DNA of 26,677 bases from Coriobacteriia bacterium (GCA_030598125.1 JAUVQN010000001.1:1-26677); one strand, 5' to 3'. Shown: positions 1 to 9,837, counted from the first letter of the stretch. A program made the numbers and translations. Notes: a model not told the origin generated them from the letters alone.

Positions 1-1
1 C

Positions 2-544
2 GCGGACGGAGAGAAGCGCTACATACTCGCGCCTCAGAAGCTGGCCGTCGGCGACACGGTGGAGTCGGGTCCCGATGCGGATATCAAGCCGGGCAACGCG
101 CTCCCGCTCGAGAACATCCCGACCGGTACGGTCGTGCATGCGGTGGAACTGCAGCCCGGCAGGGGCGCTGCGATCGCCCGTTCGGCCGGCACCTCGGTGC
201 AGCTGATGGCCAAGGAAGGCGCCAAGGCGATCTTGAGGATGCCCTCATCCGAGATGCGCATGGTACAGCTCTCGTGCCGGGCCACGGTCGGTGTCGTGGG
301 CAACCCGGAGCATGAGGGCATCTCGGTGGGCAAGGCGGGCCGGAACCGCTGGAAGGGCAAGCGCCCATCCGTCCGGGGTACTGCGATGAACCCGGTGGAC
401 CACCCGCATGGCGGCGGGGAAGGCAAGAACAAGACGGCCGGCCGTCACCCCGTGACGCCGTGGGGCAAGCCCACACGCGGGTACCGCACGCGTCCGAAGC
501 ACAAGTACTCGGATGATCTGATCATCCGCCGTCGCAAGAAGTAG
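2..544 (+). CDS. rplB: 50S ribosomal protein L2, 5'-truncated by the window edge
   Basis: The open frame from position 2 ([11 protein letters not shown]...) runs into ORF 59..544. It has the L2 C-terminal motifs [32 protein letters not shown] and PVTPWG. Confidence 0.99.
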   Translation, partial: ADGEKRYILAPQKLAVGDTVESGPDADIKPGNALPLENIPTGTVVHAVELQPGRGAAIARSAGTSVQLMAKEGAKAILRMPSSEMRMVQLSCRATVGVVGNPEHEGISVGKAGRNRWKGKRPSVRGTAMNPVDHPHGGGEGKNKTAGRHPVTPWGKPTRGYRTRPKHKYSDDLIIRRRKK

Positions 545-584
545 ACGGCGCGGACGACGAGATGAAGGAGCTGGAATACAGGCG

Positions 585-857
585 ATGAGCAGGAGTCTCA
601 AGAAGGGTCCCTACTGCCAGCCGCGCCTCCTCGCGCGCATCCGCGCCATGAACGAGGGGAACGAGAAGACGGTCGTGAGAACGTGGTCGCGCGCGTCGAC
701 GGTCTTCCCGGAGATGGTCGGCCACACGATCGCCGTCCACGACGGACGCAAGCACGTGCCCGTCTACGTGACGGAGTCGATGGTCGGCCACAAGCTCGGA
801 GAGTTCGCCCCGACGCGGACGTTCCGCGGCCACGCCGGAGGAGGCAGGGCCCGCTGA
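585..857 (+). CDS. rpsS: 30S ribosomal protein S19
   Basis: MSRSLKKGP...[51 protein letters not shown]; position after rplB. Confidence 0.99.
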   Translation: MSRSLKKGPYCQPRLLARIRAMNEGNEKTVVRTWSRASTVFPEMVGHTIAVHDGRKHVPVYVTESMVGHKLGEFAPTRTFRGHAGGGRAR

Positions 858-1198
858 TGGAAACACGAGCCGTTGCGAAGTACGAGCGCGTCTCGCCGCG
901 CAAGGCGCGTGACGTGATCGACCTCATCCGCGGCAAGCACGTCGAGGAGGCCGATGCGATCCTGCGGCTCTCCCCGAAGGGGTCAGCCGAGATAGTGGGC
1001 AAGGTGCTCCACAGCGCTATCGCGAACGCGGAGAAGAACCTGCACATCAAGCGGGATCTGCTCTACGTGTCCGAGGCGTACGTGGACGAGGGGCCGACGC
1101 TCAAGCGCTGGCGTCCCCGCGCGCTCGGTCGCGCTCCCGCGCGGAACAAGCGCACCAGTCATATCACCGTCATCGTCAAGCAGCGAGAGGAGGCCTAG
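857..1198 (+). CDS. rplV: 50S ribosomal protein L22 (113 aa)
   Basis: ATG at 857 overlaps the rpsS TGA (TGATG). Motifs [27 protein letters not shown] and KRTSHITV. The ORF-track start at 683 is too far upstream. Confidence 0.98.
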   Translation: METRAVAKYERVSPRKARDVIDLIRGKHVEEADAILRLSPKGSAEIVGKVLHSAIANAEKNLHIKRDLLYVSEAYVDEGPTLKRWRPRALGRAPARNKRTSHITVIVKQREEA

Positions 1199-1204
1199 GT
1201 CCAT

Positions 1205-1933
1205 ATGGGTCAGAAGGGCTACCCAGTTGCACCAAGGCTCGGGATCACGCAGACCTGGCGTTCTCGCTGGTTCGAGGGCAAGGGCTTCGCGGACACGCTC
1301 GCCGAGGACATCCGGATCAGGGAGTTCCTGTTCGGCAGGCTGAAGCGTGCCGCGGTGTCGCGCATCGACATCGAGCGCAAGGGCGACAAGTGCATCGTCG
1401 AGGTGTTCACCGCTCGGCCCGGCATCGTGATCGGCAAGAAGGGCTCCGAGGTCGATGCGCTGCGCAAGGAACTCGAGCAGCTCACGGGCCATCCCGTGGC
1501 GGTCAACATCGTAGAGATCAAGCGTCCCGAGCTGGATGCCACACTCGTCGCGCAGAACGTCGCGGAGCAGCTCGAGGCGCGCGTCGGCTTCCGTCGCGCG
1601 CTGAAGCGCGCGGTCACCACGGCCATGAAGGCGGGCGCTCTCGGCATCCGGATCCAGGCGTCCGGTCGCCTCGGTGGCGCGGAGATGGGTCGCCGAGAGT
1701 GGTATCGCGAGGGACGCGTGCCACTGCACACGCTGAGGGCGCTCATCGACTACGGCACGGCCGAGGCCGCCACGACCTTCGGGCGGATCGGCGTGAAGGT
1801 GTGGGTCTACAAGGGTGAGGTCCTTTCCGGCCAGGCGATCCCTTCCCTGAAGGACGAAGAGGAGCGCCGTCGTCAGCGCCCGCGGCCGTCGCGTCCCCGC
1901 AAGCCGTCCGGCTCGGACGAGGGGAGGGCGTGA
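1205..1933 (+). CDS. rpsC: 30S ribosomal protein S3, with an Arg-rich C-terminal tail
   Basis: KH-domain motif [11 protein letters not shown], plus GRLGGAEM and [13 protein letters not shown]. The N-terminus is atypical (see findings). Confidence 0.98.
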   Translation: MGQKGYPVAPRLGITQTWRSRWFEGKGFADTLAEDIRIREFLFGRLKRAAVSRIDIERKGDKCIVEVFTARPGIVIGKKGSEVDALRKELEQLTGHPVAVNIVEIKRPELDATLVAQNVAEQLEARVGFRRALKRAVTTAMKAGALGIRIQASGRLGGAEMGRREWYREGRVPLHTLRALIDYGTAEAATTFGRIGVKVWVYKGEVLSGQAIPSLKDEEERRRQRPRPSRPRKPSGSDEGRA

Positions 1934-1934
1934 C

Positions 1935-2360
1935 ATGTTGATGCCGAAGCGCACCAAGCACCGCAAGGAGCAGCGCGGCTCTATGCGCGGCAACGCCACT
2001 GGAGGTACCGACCTCAACTTCGGCGACTATGGCCTGAAGGCGCTCGACGGAGGCTGGATCACGAACCGCCAGATAGAAGCGGCCCGTGTCGCGATGACCC
2101 GCCATATGAAGCGCGGCGGACGCGTTTGGATCCAGATCTTCCCAGACAAGCCCGTGACGCAGAAGCCGGCCGAGACCCGTATGGGCTCGGGCAAGGGCAA
2201 CCCCGAGCAGTGGGTCGCCGTGGTGAGGCCTGGGCGCATCATGTTCGAAGTGAGCGGCGTCACGCCCGATGTCGCCCGTGAAGCGATGCGACTCGCTGCA
2301 CACAAGCTGCCGATACGTACGAAGTTCGTCGCGAGGACAGAATCGGGTGGTGAGGCCTGA
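1935..2360 (+). CDS. rplP: 50S ribosomal protein L16
   Basis: [23 protein letters not shown] and [20 protein letters not shown]. Confidence 0.99.
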   Translation: MLMPKRTKHRKEQRGSMRGNATGGTDLNFGDYGLKALDGGWITNRQIEAARVAMTRHMKRGGRVWIQIFPDKPVTQKPAETRMGSGKGNPEQWVAVVRPGRIMFEVSGVTPDVAREAMRLAAHKLPIRTKFVARTESGGEA

Positions 2361-2584
2361 TGAGATCTTCCGAGATCAAGGACCTGAGCGTCACCGACCT
2401 GGAGCAGAAGCTCTCGGAGACGCGGGAGGAGCTCTTCAACCTGAGGTTCCAGCTGGCCACGGGCTCGATCGACAACACTGGGCGCATCAAGGACGTCAAG
2501 CGGGACATCGCCCGCATACTGACGGAGATACGCCTTCGTGAGATCGCCGAGGGCAACGGTGGCGCGGACGCGCCGCGCGCCTGA
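2360..2584 (+). CDS. rpmC: 50S ribosomal protein L29
   Basis: ELFNLRFQLATG...IKDVKRDIARILT; TGATG overlap with rplP. Confidence 0.98.
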   Translation: MRSSEIKDLSVTDLEQKLSETREELFNLRFQLATGSIDNTGRIKDVKRDIARILTEIRLREIAEGNGGADAPRA

Positions 2585-2608
2585 CGGCGTGTACGAGAAG
2601 GGATGTAG

Positions 2609-2869
2609 ATGAGCGAGCAGCGCAACAAGCGTAAGGCGCGACAGGGAGTCGTCGTCTCTCGGTCAGGAGACAAGACGTGCGTCGTGGCGGTCGAACAGCG
2701 CAAGCCGCACCCGTTCTACAAGAAGATGATCACGCGCACGAGCAAGTTCCACGTCCACGACGAGGAGAACGCGACCAACGTCGGCGACCAGGTCTTGATC
2801 ATGGAGACGCGCCCGGTGTCCAAGCTGAAGCGTTGGCGCCTCGTCGAGGTCGTCGAGGAGGCCAAGTAG
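2609..2869 (+). CDS. rpsQ: 30S ribosomal protein S17
   Basis: [39 protein letters not shown]. Confidence 0.99.
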   Translation: MSEQRNKRKARQGVVVSRSGDKTCVVAVEQRKPHPFYKKMITRTSKFHVHDEENATNVGDQVLIMETRPVSKLKRWRLVEVVEEAK

Positions 2870-2918
2870 CGAAGGTCCTCCCCGGGAGATCGGGGAAGGC
2901 CGCGGTACGGAGGAAGAG

Positions 2919-3287
2919 ATGATCCAGGCAGAGAGCCGTCTCAAGGTCGCCGACAACTCCGGCGCGCGCGAGATCCTGTGCATCAAGGTGCTGGGCGGTA
3001 CGCGCCGCCGGTACGCGCGGGTCGGGGACACGATAGTCGCCACCGTCAAGGAGGCGTTGCCGAACGCCGCCATCAAGAAGGGCGAGATCGTGCGGGCGGT
3101 CATCGTGCGCACGAAGAAAGAGATGCGCAGGCCGGACGGCAGCTACATAGGCTTCGACGAGAACGCGGCGGTCGTCATCGACCCGACGGGGAACCCCACG
3201 GGAACCCGCATCTTCGGGCCGGTCGCGCGCGAGCTGAGGGACCGCCACTACATGAAGATCGTGTCGCTCGCACCAGAGGTGCTGTAG
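2919..3287 (+). CDS. rplN: 50S ribosomal protein L14
   Basis: [27 protein letters not shown]...[21 protein letters not shown]. Confidence 0.99.
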   Translation: MIQAESRLKVADNSGAREILCIKVLGGTRRRYARVGDTIVATVKEALPNAAIKKGEIVRAVIVRTKKEMRRPDGSYIGFDENAAVVIDPTGNPTGTRIFGPVARELRDRHYMKIVSLAPEVL

Positions 3288-3296
3288 GAGGTCGTC

Positions 3297-3617
3297 ATGA
3301 ACAGTCTTTCGATAGTCAAGGGCGACCGCGTCCGCGTGACCGCCGGCAAGGACAAGGGACGCGAGGGGCGGGTGCTGCGCACCGAGCCTCCGGAGGAGCG
3401 CGTCTTCGTGGAGGGTGTCAACTTCCAGAAGCACCACACCCGGGCGTCGCAGAAGAACCCACAGGGCGGGATCATCGACGTGGAGGGCCCCATCCACGTA
3501 TCGAACATCATGCTGCTATGCCCGAACTGTTCGCAGGCGACGAGGATCAGTCGCGTGCGCGAGGACGGCGTGGCGCAACGAGTGTGCAAGAAGTGCGAGA
3601 AGCCCATAGACAAGTAG
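3297..3617 (+). CDS. rplX: 50S ribosomal protein L24, with a Cys-rich C-terminus
   Basis: KOW motif KGDRVRVTAGKDKG, GGII..EGPIHVSNI, and CPNC...CKKC. Confidence 0.99.
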   Translation: MNSLSIVKGDRVRVTAGKDKGREGRVLRTEPPEERVFVEGVNFQKHHTRASQKNPQGGIIDVEGPIHVSNIMLLCPNCSQATRISRVREDGVAQRVCKKCEKPIDK

Positions 3618-3687
3618 TCGAGCGAGGACACGCGCCACCGCTCCGGGTCGGGAATCCGGTGCGACGGGGCGCGAGTGGAGGTAGACG

Positions 3688-4230
3688 GTGATACCGAGAC
3701 TGAAAGAGCGCTATCGGACCGAGGTGGTCCCGAAGCTTGCGGACGAGCTCGGCCTGGCCAACGTCAACCAGGTCCCGGCCTTCGAGAAGATCGTCGTGAA
3801 CATGGGGGTCGGACAGGCCGTCGACGACGTGAAGGTGCTCGATGAGGCGATGGAGGACATGGCCGTTATCACTGGCCAGAAGCCGAAGGTGAATCGCGCG
3901 AGGAAGTCCATCGCCAACTTCAAGGTCCGGCAGGGCACGCCGATCGGCTGCAAGGTCACCCTGCGCGGAGATCGCATGTGGGAGTTCATGGACCGCGTGC
4001 TGACCGCGGCGCTGCCGCGTATCCGCGACTTCCGCGGTCTGTCGACCACCTCGTTCGACGGGCGGGGCAACTACACGCTCGGCGTCGACGAACAGCTGAT
4101 CTTCCCCGAGATCGACTACGACAGCGTGAGTCAGGTCCGCGGCATGGACATCACGTTCGTCACGACCGCGAAGGACGACGAAGCGGGTCGGGCGCTCTTC
4201 AACGCGTTCGAGTTCCCGTTCAAGCGATAG
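3688..4230 (+). CDS. rplE: 50S ribosomal protein L5 (GTG start)
   Basis: [23 protein letters not shown] and [10 protein letters not shown]; SD GGAGG upstream. Confidence 0.99.
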   Translation: MIPRLKERYRTEVVPKLADELGLANVNQVPAFEKIVVNMGVGQAVDDVKVLDEAMEDMAVITGQKPKVNRARKSIANFKVRQGTPIGCKVTLRGDRMWEFMDRVLTAALPRIRDFRGLSTTSFDGRGNYTLGVDEQLIFPEIDYDSVSQVRGMDITFVTTAKDDEAGRALFNAFEFPFKR

Positions 4231-4269
4231 ACGAGCGATCGCGGGGCGCGGCCCCCAAGGAGGCGTCAA

Positions 4270-4455
4270 GTGGCAAAGAAATCGATGATCGCCAGGACGA
4301 AGCGCGGATCGAAGTACCCGGTCCGCAACGTCAGCCGGTGCAACCGTTGCGGACGGCCGCGCGCGTACTATCGCAGATTCGGCCTCTGCCGTATCTGCCT
4401 GCGCGAGCTGGCCAGTCGCGGCGAGATCCCGGGCATGCGGAAGGCGAGCTGGTAG
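4270..4455 (+). CDS. rpsN: 30S ribosomal protein S14, type Z (61-aa zinc-binding form)
   Basis: [37 protein letters not shown]; two CxxC pairs. Confidence 0.99.
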   Translation: MAKKSMIARTKRGSKYPVRNVSRCNRCGRPRAYYRRFGLCRICLRELASRGEIPGMRKASW

Positions 4456-4540
4456 GCAGCAGGACGCCGGGAGGCGGGTGGGCCACGGGTCCGCTCGAAC
4501 CGCCGGTCGTCGTGGACCGGACCATAGGAGGATCACGAAG

Positions 4541-4939
4541 ATGACCATGACAGACCCGATAGCCGACATGCTGACCAGGGTGCGCAACGCCAATTCGGCG
4601 TTCAAGGGCTCGACGACCATCCCGTCGTCGAGCAAGGTCGTCGAGATCGCGCGCATCCTCAAGGAAGAGGGATACGTAGAGGACTATCAGGTCGTACCCG
4701 GCAGCCCGCAGGACACTCTCGAGGTGACGCTCAAGTACGGGCCGAAGCGGGAGCGCACCATCAAGGGCATCCGCCGCATAAGCAAGCCGGGTCTTCGCGT
4801 CTATGCGAAGAAGGACGAGCTGCCTCGGGTCCTTGGAGGACTGGGCGTGGCTGTGATATCCACCTCCAGCGGCGTCATGACGGACAAGCAGGCTCGCGTA
4901 GCCGGCGTCGGCGGCGAGGTCGTCGCCTACATCTGGTAG
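4541..4939 (+). CDS. rpsH: 30S ribosomal protein S8 (132 aa)
   Basis: ATG at 4541 follows AGGAGG (4526-4531). [26 protein letters not shown] and GGEVVAYIW. Confidence 0.99.
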   Translation: MTMTDPIADMLTRVRNANSAFKGSTTIPSSSKVVEIARILKEEGYVEDYQVVPGSPQDTLEVTLKYGPKRERTIKGIRRISKPGLRVYAKKDELPRVLGGLGVAVISTSSGVMTDKQARVAGVGGEVVAYIW

Positions 4940-4968
4940 CCGGCTGAGGCTGAAGGGAGCGAGCGAAC

Positions 4969-5505
4969 GTGTCTAGGATCGGGAAGATGCCCGTCCCAGT
5001 ACCTTCCGGGGTGGACGTGACCATAGACGGCTCGACCGTTCGGGTGAAGGGTTCCAAGGGTGAGCTCGAGAGCACGTTCGACACCCGGCTGACGATCGAG
5101 CGCGAGGGTAACGAGGTGCTCGTCGCTCGTCCGTCCGATGAGGCGGAGTTGCGTGCGCTGCACGGCCTGACTCGTACGTTGATCGACAACATGATGGTCG
5201 GTGTGTCGGAGGGGTTCTCGAAGTCGCTCGAGATCCACGGCGTGGGCTATCGCGCCGTGTTGAAGGGCAAGAATCTCGAGCTTGCGCTCGGTGTGAGCCA
5301 CCCGGTCGTCATCACTCCGGAGGACGGGATCACGTTCGAGGTCCCCGCTCAGGACAAGGTGACCGTCTACGGTGCGGACAAGCAGCAGGTGGGCCAGATA
5401 GCCGCGGAGATCCGGAGCAAGCGGCCGCCGGAGCCGTACAAGGGCAAGGGGATCCGTTACGTCGGTGAGCACGTGCGTCGCAAGGTCGGCAAGACCGCGA
5501 CGTAG
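4969..5505 (+). CDS. rplF: 50S ribosomal protein L6 (GTG start)
   Basis: [20 protein letters not shown] and [13 protein letters not shown]. Confidence 0.99.
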   Translation: MSRIGKMPVPVPSGVDVTIDGSTVRVKGSKGELESTFDTRLTIEREGNEVLVARPSDEAELRALHGLTRTLIDNMMVGVSEGFSKSLEIHGVGYRAVLKGKNLELALGVSHPVVITPEDGITFEVPAQDKVTVYGADKQQVGQIAAEIRSKRPPEPYKGKGIRYVGEHVRRKVGKTAT

Positions 5506-5524
5506 TCGAGGGAGACACGAGGAC

Positions 5525-5893
5525 ATGGCTGACACGAAGACCACGAAAGCAAGACTCGAGAGGCGTCGCAGGCGCGTCCGGGCGAAGGTGCACGGCACGG
5601 CCGAGCGTCCGCGTCTCTGTGTGACGCGCTCGAACCAGCACGTGTACGCGCAGCTCGTCGACGATGACAACGGCGTGACGCTCCTGTCTGCGTCGTCGAT
5701 CGACAGCGGCGTCAAGGGCGAGCTCGAGAAGGGGTCCGACGTCGAGGCGGCACGCGCCGTCGGCAAGGTCCTCGGCGAGCGCGCCAAGGAGGCCGGCTTC
5801 GAGTCGGTCGTGTTCGATCGGGCCGGGCGCCTCTACCACGGTAGGGTTCAGGCCATCGCAGAAGGGGCCCGCAAGGCGGGTCTCGAGTTCTAG
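5525..5893 (+). CDS. rplR: 50S ribosomal protein L18 (122 aa)
   Basis: ATG at 5525. [25 protein letters not shown] and [24 protein letters not shown]. Confidence 0.99.
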   Translation: MADTKTTKARLERRRRRVRAKVHGTAERPRLCVTRSNQHVYAQLVDDDNGVTLLSASSIDSGVKGELEKGSDVEAARAVGKVLGERAKEAGFESVVFDRAGRLYHGRVQAIAEGARKAGLEF

Positions 5894-5908
5894 GGAAGGA
5901 CCTGACGC

Positions 5909-6424
5909 ATGGCACGCGCACGCGACAATCGACCGGATCCCGAGTTCCAGGAGAAGGTCGTCCATATCAACAGGGTGTCGAAGGTCGTCAAGGGCGGCCG
6001 CCGCTTCTCGCTCACCGCGCTGGTGGTCGTCGGCGACGGTGACGGTCGTGTCGGCGTCGGTCTCGGGAAGGCCCGTGAGGTCCCGGTGGCGATCCGCAAG
6101 GGCATCGAAGACGCGAAGAAGAACATGTTCGTGGTACCCCGGAACGGGACGACCATCCCTCACCAGGTGATGGGCCGTTTCGGCGCGGGCCGCGTGCTGC
6201 TCAAGCCGGCGGCTCCGGGTACCGGGATCATCGCCGGCGGTCCGGTGCGCGCGCTTCTCGATCTAGCGGGCATCCGCGACGTGCTGTCCAAGTCTCTGGG
6301 CTCGGACAACTCGATGAACATGCTCAAAGCTGCTGCCGCGGGGCTCCAGGAGCTCTCGAGCGCAGAAGACGTGGCGAAGCGTCGCGGCAAGTCTGTCGCG
6401 CACGTGCTCGGCCTCGAGGAGTAG
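5909..6424 (+). CDS. rpsE: 30S ribosomal protein S5
   Basis: [25 protein letters not shown] and [15 protein letters not shown]. Confidence 0.99.
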   Translation: MARARDNRPDPEFQEKVVHINRVSKVVKGGRRFSLTALVVVGDGDGRVGVGLGKAREVPVAIRKGIEDAKKNMFVVPRNGTTIPHQVMGRFGAGRVLLKPAAPGTGIIAGGPVRALLDLAGIRDVLSKSLGSDNSMNMLKAAAAGLQELSSAEDVAKRRGKSVAHVLGLEE

Positions 6425-6431
6425 GACGAAG

Positions 6432-6626
6432 ATGGCGGATACGAAGACCAAAAAGCTCTGGATCACGCAGGTCAAGAGTGGCATAGGGCGTCCGGAGAAC
6501 CAGCGTGCGACGCTGAGGGCGCTCGGTCTCAGGCGCATGAACCAGACCGTGGAGCATGAGGACACCGCGCAGATCCGCGGGATGGTGTTCAAGGTGCAGC
6601 ATCTCGTCGAGGTCGAAGAGGCCTAG
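6432..6626 (+). CDS. rpmD: 50S ribosomal protein L30
   Basis: ITQVKSGIG...[14 protein letters not shown]...[12 protein letters not shown]. Confidence 0.98.
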   Translation: MADTKTKKLWITQVKSGIGRPENQRATLRALGLRRMNQTVEHEDTAQIRGMVFKVQHLVEVEEA

Positions 6627-6660
6627 GGCGAGCCGCAGGGCGAGGCAGGAGGACCGAACG

Positions 6661-7107
6661 ATGCAGATGAGCGACCTTTCCCCGGCGCCGGGGTCACGCA
6701 AGACCCGAAGGCGCGTCGGTCGTGGGCACGGTAGCGGCAATGGCGGCCGCAGCGGCCGCGGCGACAAGGGACAGTTGTCGAGAGCCGGGGGCGGCAAGGG
6801 TCCGCACTACGAGGGCGGCCAGACCCCGATCTATCGCAGGCTCCCCAAGCTACCGGGCTTCAAGAACCGCTTCCGGACCGAGTACGCGATCGTCAACGTG
6901 TCGCGGCTCGAAGCCATCTACTCGGATGGTGACGTCGTGGACGTCGACTCCCTCCATGAGAAGGGCGCCATCGCTTCCAAGCTCGAGCCCGTGAAGGTCC
7001 TCGCCGACGGCGACCTGACGAAGAAGCTCACCGTCAAGGTCGACAAGGCGTCGGGAGCCGCCAAGGACAAGATCGAGAAGGCCGGCGGGACGGTCGAGAC
7101 GCCGTGA
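6661..7107 (+). CDS. rplO: 50S ribosomal protein L15 (148 aa)
   Basis: ATG at 6661 follows AGGAGG. RVGRGHGSG.G..SGRG.KGQ, EGGQTPIYRRLPK and KIEKAGG. Confidence 0.99.
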   Translation: MQMSDLSPAPGSRKTRRRVGRGHGSGNGGRSGRGDKGQLSRAGGGKGPHYEGGQTPIYRRLPKLPGFKNRFRTEYAIVNVSRLEAIYSDGDVVDVDSLHEKGAIASKLEPVKVLADGDLTKKLTVKVDKASGAAKDKIEKAGGTVETP

Positions 7108-8363
7108 TTGGGGCGCTCCTCAACGCGTTCCGGATCCCCGACCTCAGGAATCGGATCCTCTTCACACTCGCGATCGTCGCGGTCTACCGCGTCGGTGCAC
7201 ACATACCCGTCCCTGGTGTGGACCCGAATGCCGTCAAGGGCCTGGTCTCGCAGGGGAGCGCGCTCGGGCTCTTGAACCTGTTCGCGGGGGGTGCGCTCGA
7301 GAACTTCGCCGTCTTCGCGCTTGGGATCATGCCCTACATCACGGCGTCGATCATCATGCAGCTCCTCACGGCCGTGGTCCCCACCATCGAGCGCTGGCAG
7401 AAGGAGGGCGAGTCGGGACAGAGGAAGATCACGCAGACGACCCGCTATCTCACCTTGGCGCTCGGTCTCATCGAGTCCGTCGGGCTCGTGGCGCTGTTCC
7501 AGGCGCCCCCGTCCTCGGGCGGGTTGGGTGTGGACTTCAGTCTCGTCACGAGTTTCGTGATTGTCGTGACGCTCTTGGCCGGCACCGCGCTCATCATGTG
7601 GCTCGGCGAGAACATCACGCAGCGAGGCATCGGCAACGGCATGTCGCTGCTCATCTTCGTGAGCATCATCGCGCGGTTCCCGACAGCCATGGTGCAGGCG
7701 TTCCGTCTGAACAACATCGTGATCGTGCTCGTCGTGCTCGTGATCTTCCTGGCCGTCGTCGCCGCGGTAGTGATGATGGAGAGGGCACAGCGTCGCATCC
7801 CGGTCCAGTACGCGAAACGCGTCGTCGGCCGAAAGGTCTACGGTGGCGTCGGGACGTACATACCACTCAAGATCAACGGTGCGAACGTGATCCCGATCAT
7901 CTTCGCGTCGTCGGTGCTCTACTTCCCGACCGTGCTCACACAGTTCACGGGCAACGTCACGATGCAGCGCATCGCGGGCTACCTCACGAGCGGCTGGGCA
8001 TACATCGCCCTCTTCGCAGCGCTCATCATCTTCTTCACGTATTTCTATACGGCGCTGGTGTTCAACCCGATCGACATCGCCGACAACCTGCGCAAACAGG
8101 GCGGCTTCATCCCCGGCGTCCGCCCGGGCAAGAACACGGTCACGTACATCGAGACGGTGCTCAACCGGATCACGCTGCCGGGTGCGGTGTTCCTCGCGCT
8201 GATCGCGGTGGGTCCGACGATCCTCTTCCAGACCACGAACGTCGTGATGCTGCAGTCGTTCGGCGGTGCGTCCATCCTCATCATGGTGGGTGTCGCGCTC
8301 GAGACGATGACGCAGCTCGAGAGCCAGCTGAAGATGCGCCACTACGACGGCTTCTTCAAGTAG
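7104..8363 (+). CDS. secY: Preprotein translocase subunit SecY (GTG start overlapping the rplO stop)
   Basis: FALGIMPYITASIIMQLL, WLGENITQRGIGNGMSLLIF and FIPGVRPG; many hydrophobic segments. Confidence 0.99.
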   Translation: MIGALLNAFRIPDLRNRILFTLAIVAVYRVGAHIPVPGVDPNAVKGLVSQGSALGLLNLFAGGALENFAVFALGIMPYITASIIMQLLTAVVPTIERWQKEGESGQRKITQTTRYLTLALGLIESVGLVALFQAPPSSGGLGVDFSLVTSFVIVVTLLAGTALIMWLGENITQRGIGNGMSLLIFVSIIARFPTAMVQAFRLNNIVIVLVVLVIFLAVVAAVVMMERAQRRIPVQYAKRVVGRKVYGGVGTYIPLKINGANVIPIIFASSVLYFPTVLTQFTGNVTMQRIAGYLTSGWAYIALFAALIIFFTYFYTALVFNPIDIADNLRKQGGFIPGVRPGKNTVTYIETVLNRITLPGAVFLALIAVGPTILFQTTNVVMLQSFGGASILIMVGVALETMTQLESQLKMRHYDGFFK

Positions 8364-8405
8364 GCCTCGGCATCACCAGGCTGAGCGAAGAGGGAGGGGC
8401 ACTCC

Positions 8406-9050
8406 GTGAACATCATCCTGCTGGGCGCACCAGGGGCCGGCAAGGGCACCCAGGCCGAGCGCATCGTGGCGACCTACGGTGTCGCCCACATATCCACCGG
8501 TGACATCCTGCGCAAGGCTGTCGCCGACGGTACCGAGCTCGGGCTCGAGGCGAAGCGCTACATGGATGCAGGCGAGCTCGTTCCCGACGAGGTCGTGATC
8601 GGGCTGGCGCGAGACCGGCTCGCGGAGCCCGATTGTGAAGCCGGCTTCATCCTCGATGGCTTCCCTCGGACCGTCCCACAGGCCGACGCGCTCGCCATGG
8701 TACTCGGAGAGCTGGGCCGTTCACTGGACGCAGTCGTACAGATCGCGGTGGACAAGGACGCGCTCGTCAAGCGGCTCACGGCGCGCCGGACGTGCCGTGG
8801 CTGCGGCAAGGTCTACAACCTGCTGATCGAACGTCCGTCCCAGTACGACGTCTGCGACGTGTGTGGTGGCGAGGTCTACCAGCGTGAAGATGACTCCGTC
8901 GAGACCGTCACCAACCGGCTCGACGTCTACGAGAATGAGACCGCTCCGCTCGTCGAATACTACGAGCGCAAGGGATTCCTCCGCCGGGTCGACGGCAACC
9001 AGGACCCGGACGCCGTGTTCGACGATGTCCGAGCTGCCCTCGGTGACTGA
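8406..9050 (+). CDS. adk: Adenylate kinase with a zinc-binding lid (GTG start)
   Basis: P-loop GAPGAGKGTQA, HISTGDILR, LDGFPRT, and lid CRGC...CDVCGG. Confidence 0.99.
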   Translation: MNIILLGAPGAGKGTQAERIVATYGVAHISTGDILRKAVADGTELGLEAKRYMDAGELVPDEVVIGLARDRLAEPDCEAGFILDGFPRTVPQADALAMVLGELGRSLDAVVQIAVDKDALVKRLTARRTCRGCGKVYNLLIERPSQYDVCDVCGGEVYQREDDSVETVTNRLDVYENETAPLVEYYERKGFLRRVDGNQDPDAVFDDVRAALGD

Positions 9051-9080
9051 CGCTGCCGCTGGCCGCGATGCGAGCGCACC

Positions 9081-9830
9081 TTGATAGGACGCAAGTCGAG
9101 AGGCGAGATCGAGACGATGCGGGAGGCGGGTCGCATAACCGCCCGCGTCCTGCGCGAGCTCGGTGAGATCGTCGCGCCTTCGGTGACGACGGCCGAACTG
9201 GACGAACTCGCGCAGGAGATCGTCAGCGAGGAAGGCGCCGCGGCCGCGTTCAAGGGGTACCGTGGCTTCCCCGCGTCGATCTGCGCCTCGGCGAACAGCG
9301 AGGTCGTGCACGGCATCCCCGGCTCGCGACGCCTCGTCGAGGGAGACATCATCTCGATCGACTTCGGGGTGGTCCTGGACGGCTACTATGGGGACTCCGC
9401 GCGCACGTTCGCGGTGGGACGCATCTCCGACGAGGCCGCGCACCTGCTCGACACGACGCGAGACTCGCTGGAGGCGGGCATCTCCAAGTGCGTGCCCGGG
9501 ATGCGGCTCTACGATATCTCACACGCCGTGCAGACCGTCGTGGAGCCCGAAGGGTTCTCCGTGGTCAGAGAGTATGTCGGGCACGGGATAGGCTCTGAGA
9601 TGCACGAGGAGCCGCAGATCCCGAACTTCGGTCCGGCGGGCAAGGGACCGACGCTCAAGCAGGGGATGGTCTTCGCCATCGAGCCTATGGTCAACATGGG
9701 TGAAGCCGCCGTGAGGGCGCTCGACGATGGGTGGACGGTCGTGACGATGGATGGCAGTCTGTCGGCCCACTTCGAGCACACCGTCGCCGTCACCGACGAG
9801 GGTCCGCTCGTCCTGACGGTCGAGCGGTGA
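9081..9830 (+). CDS. map: Methionine aminopeptidase, type I (TTG start)
   Basis: CASANSEVVHGIPG, DIISIDFG, GYYGDSART, GHGIG..MHEEP, IEPM and SAHFEHT. Confidence 0.98.
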   Translation: MIGRKSRGEIETMREAGRITARVLRELGEIVAPSVTTAELDELAQEIVSEEGAAAAFKGYRGFPASICASANSEVVHGIPGSRRLVEGDIISIDFGVVLDGYYGDSARTFAVGRISDEAAHLLDTTRDSLEAGISKCVPGMRLYDISHAVQTVVEPEGFSVVREYVGHGIGSEMHEEPQIPNFGPAGKGPTLKQGMVFAIEPMVNMGEAAVRALDDGWTVVTMDGSLSAHFEHTVAVTDEGPLVLTVER

Positions 9831-9837
9831 GTATTGC

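Noticed and set aside
5525-6455. L18 and L30 both begin MADTKT
   Set aside because: The codons differ between the two genes, and the N-termini of both proteins are variable and Lys/Thr-rich. This is most likely coincidence.
6918-8342. Long minus-strand ORFs, e.g. 6918..8342, 11073..13073, 13217..15250, 19466..21322, 22486..23748 and 24063..25097
   Set aside because: They lie antisense to well-conserved plus-strand genes, have low-complexity R/A/G/P-rich translations with no recognisable motifs, and are the expected shadow ORFs of GC-rich codon usage.
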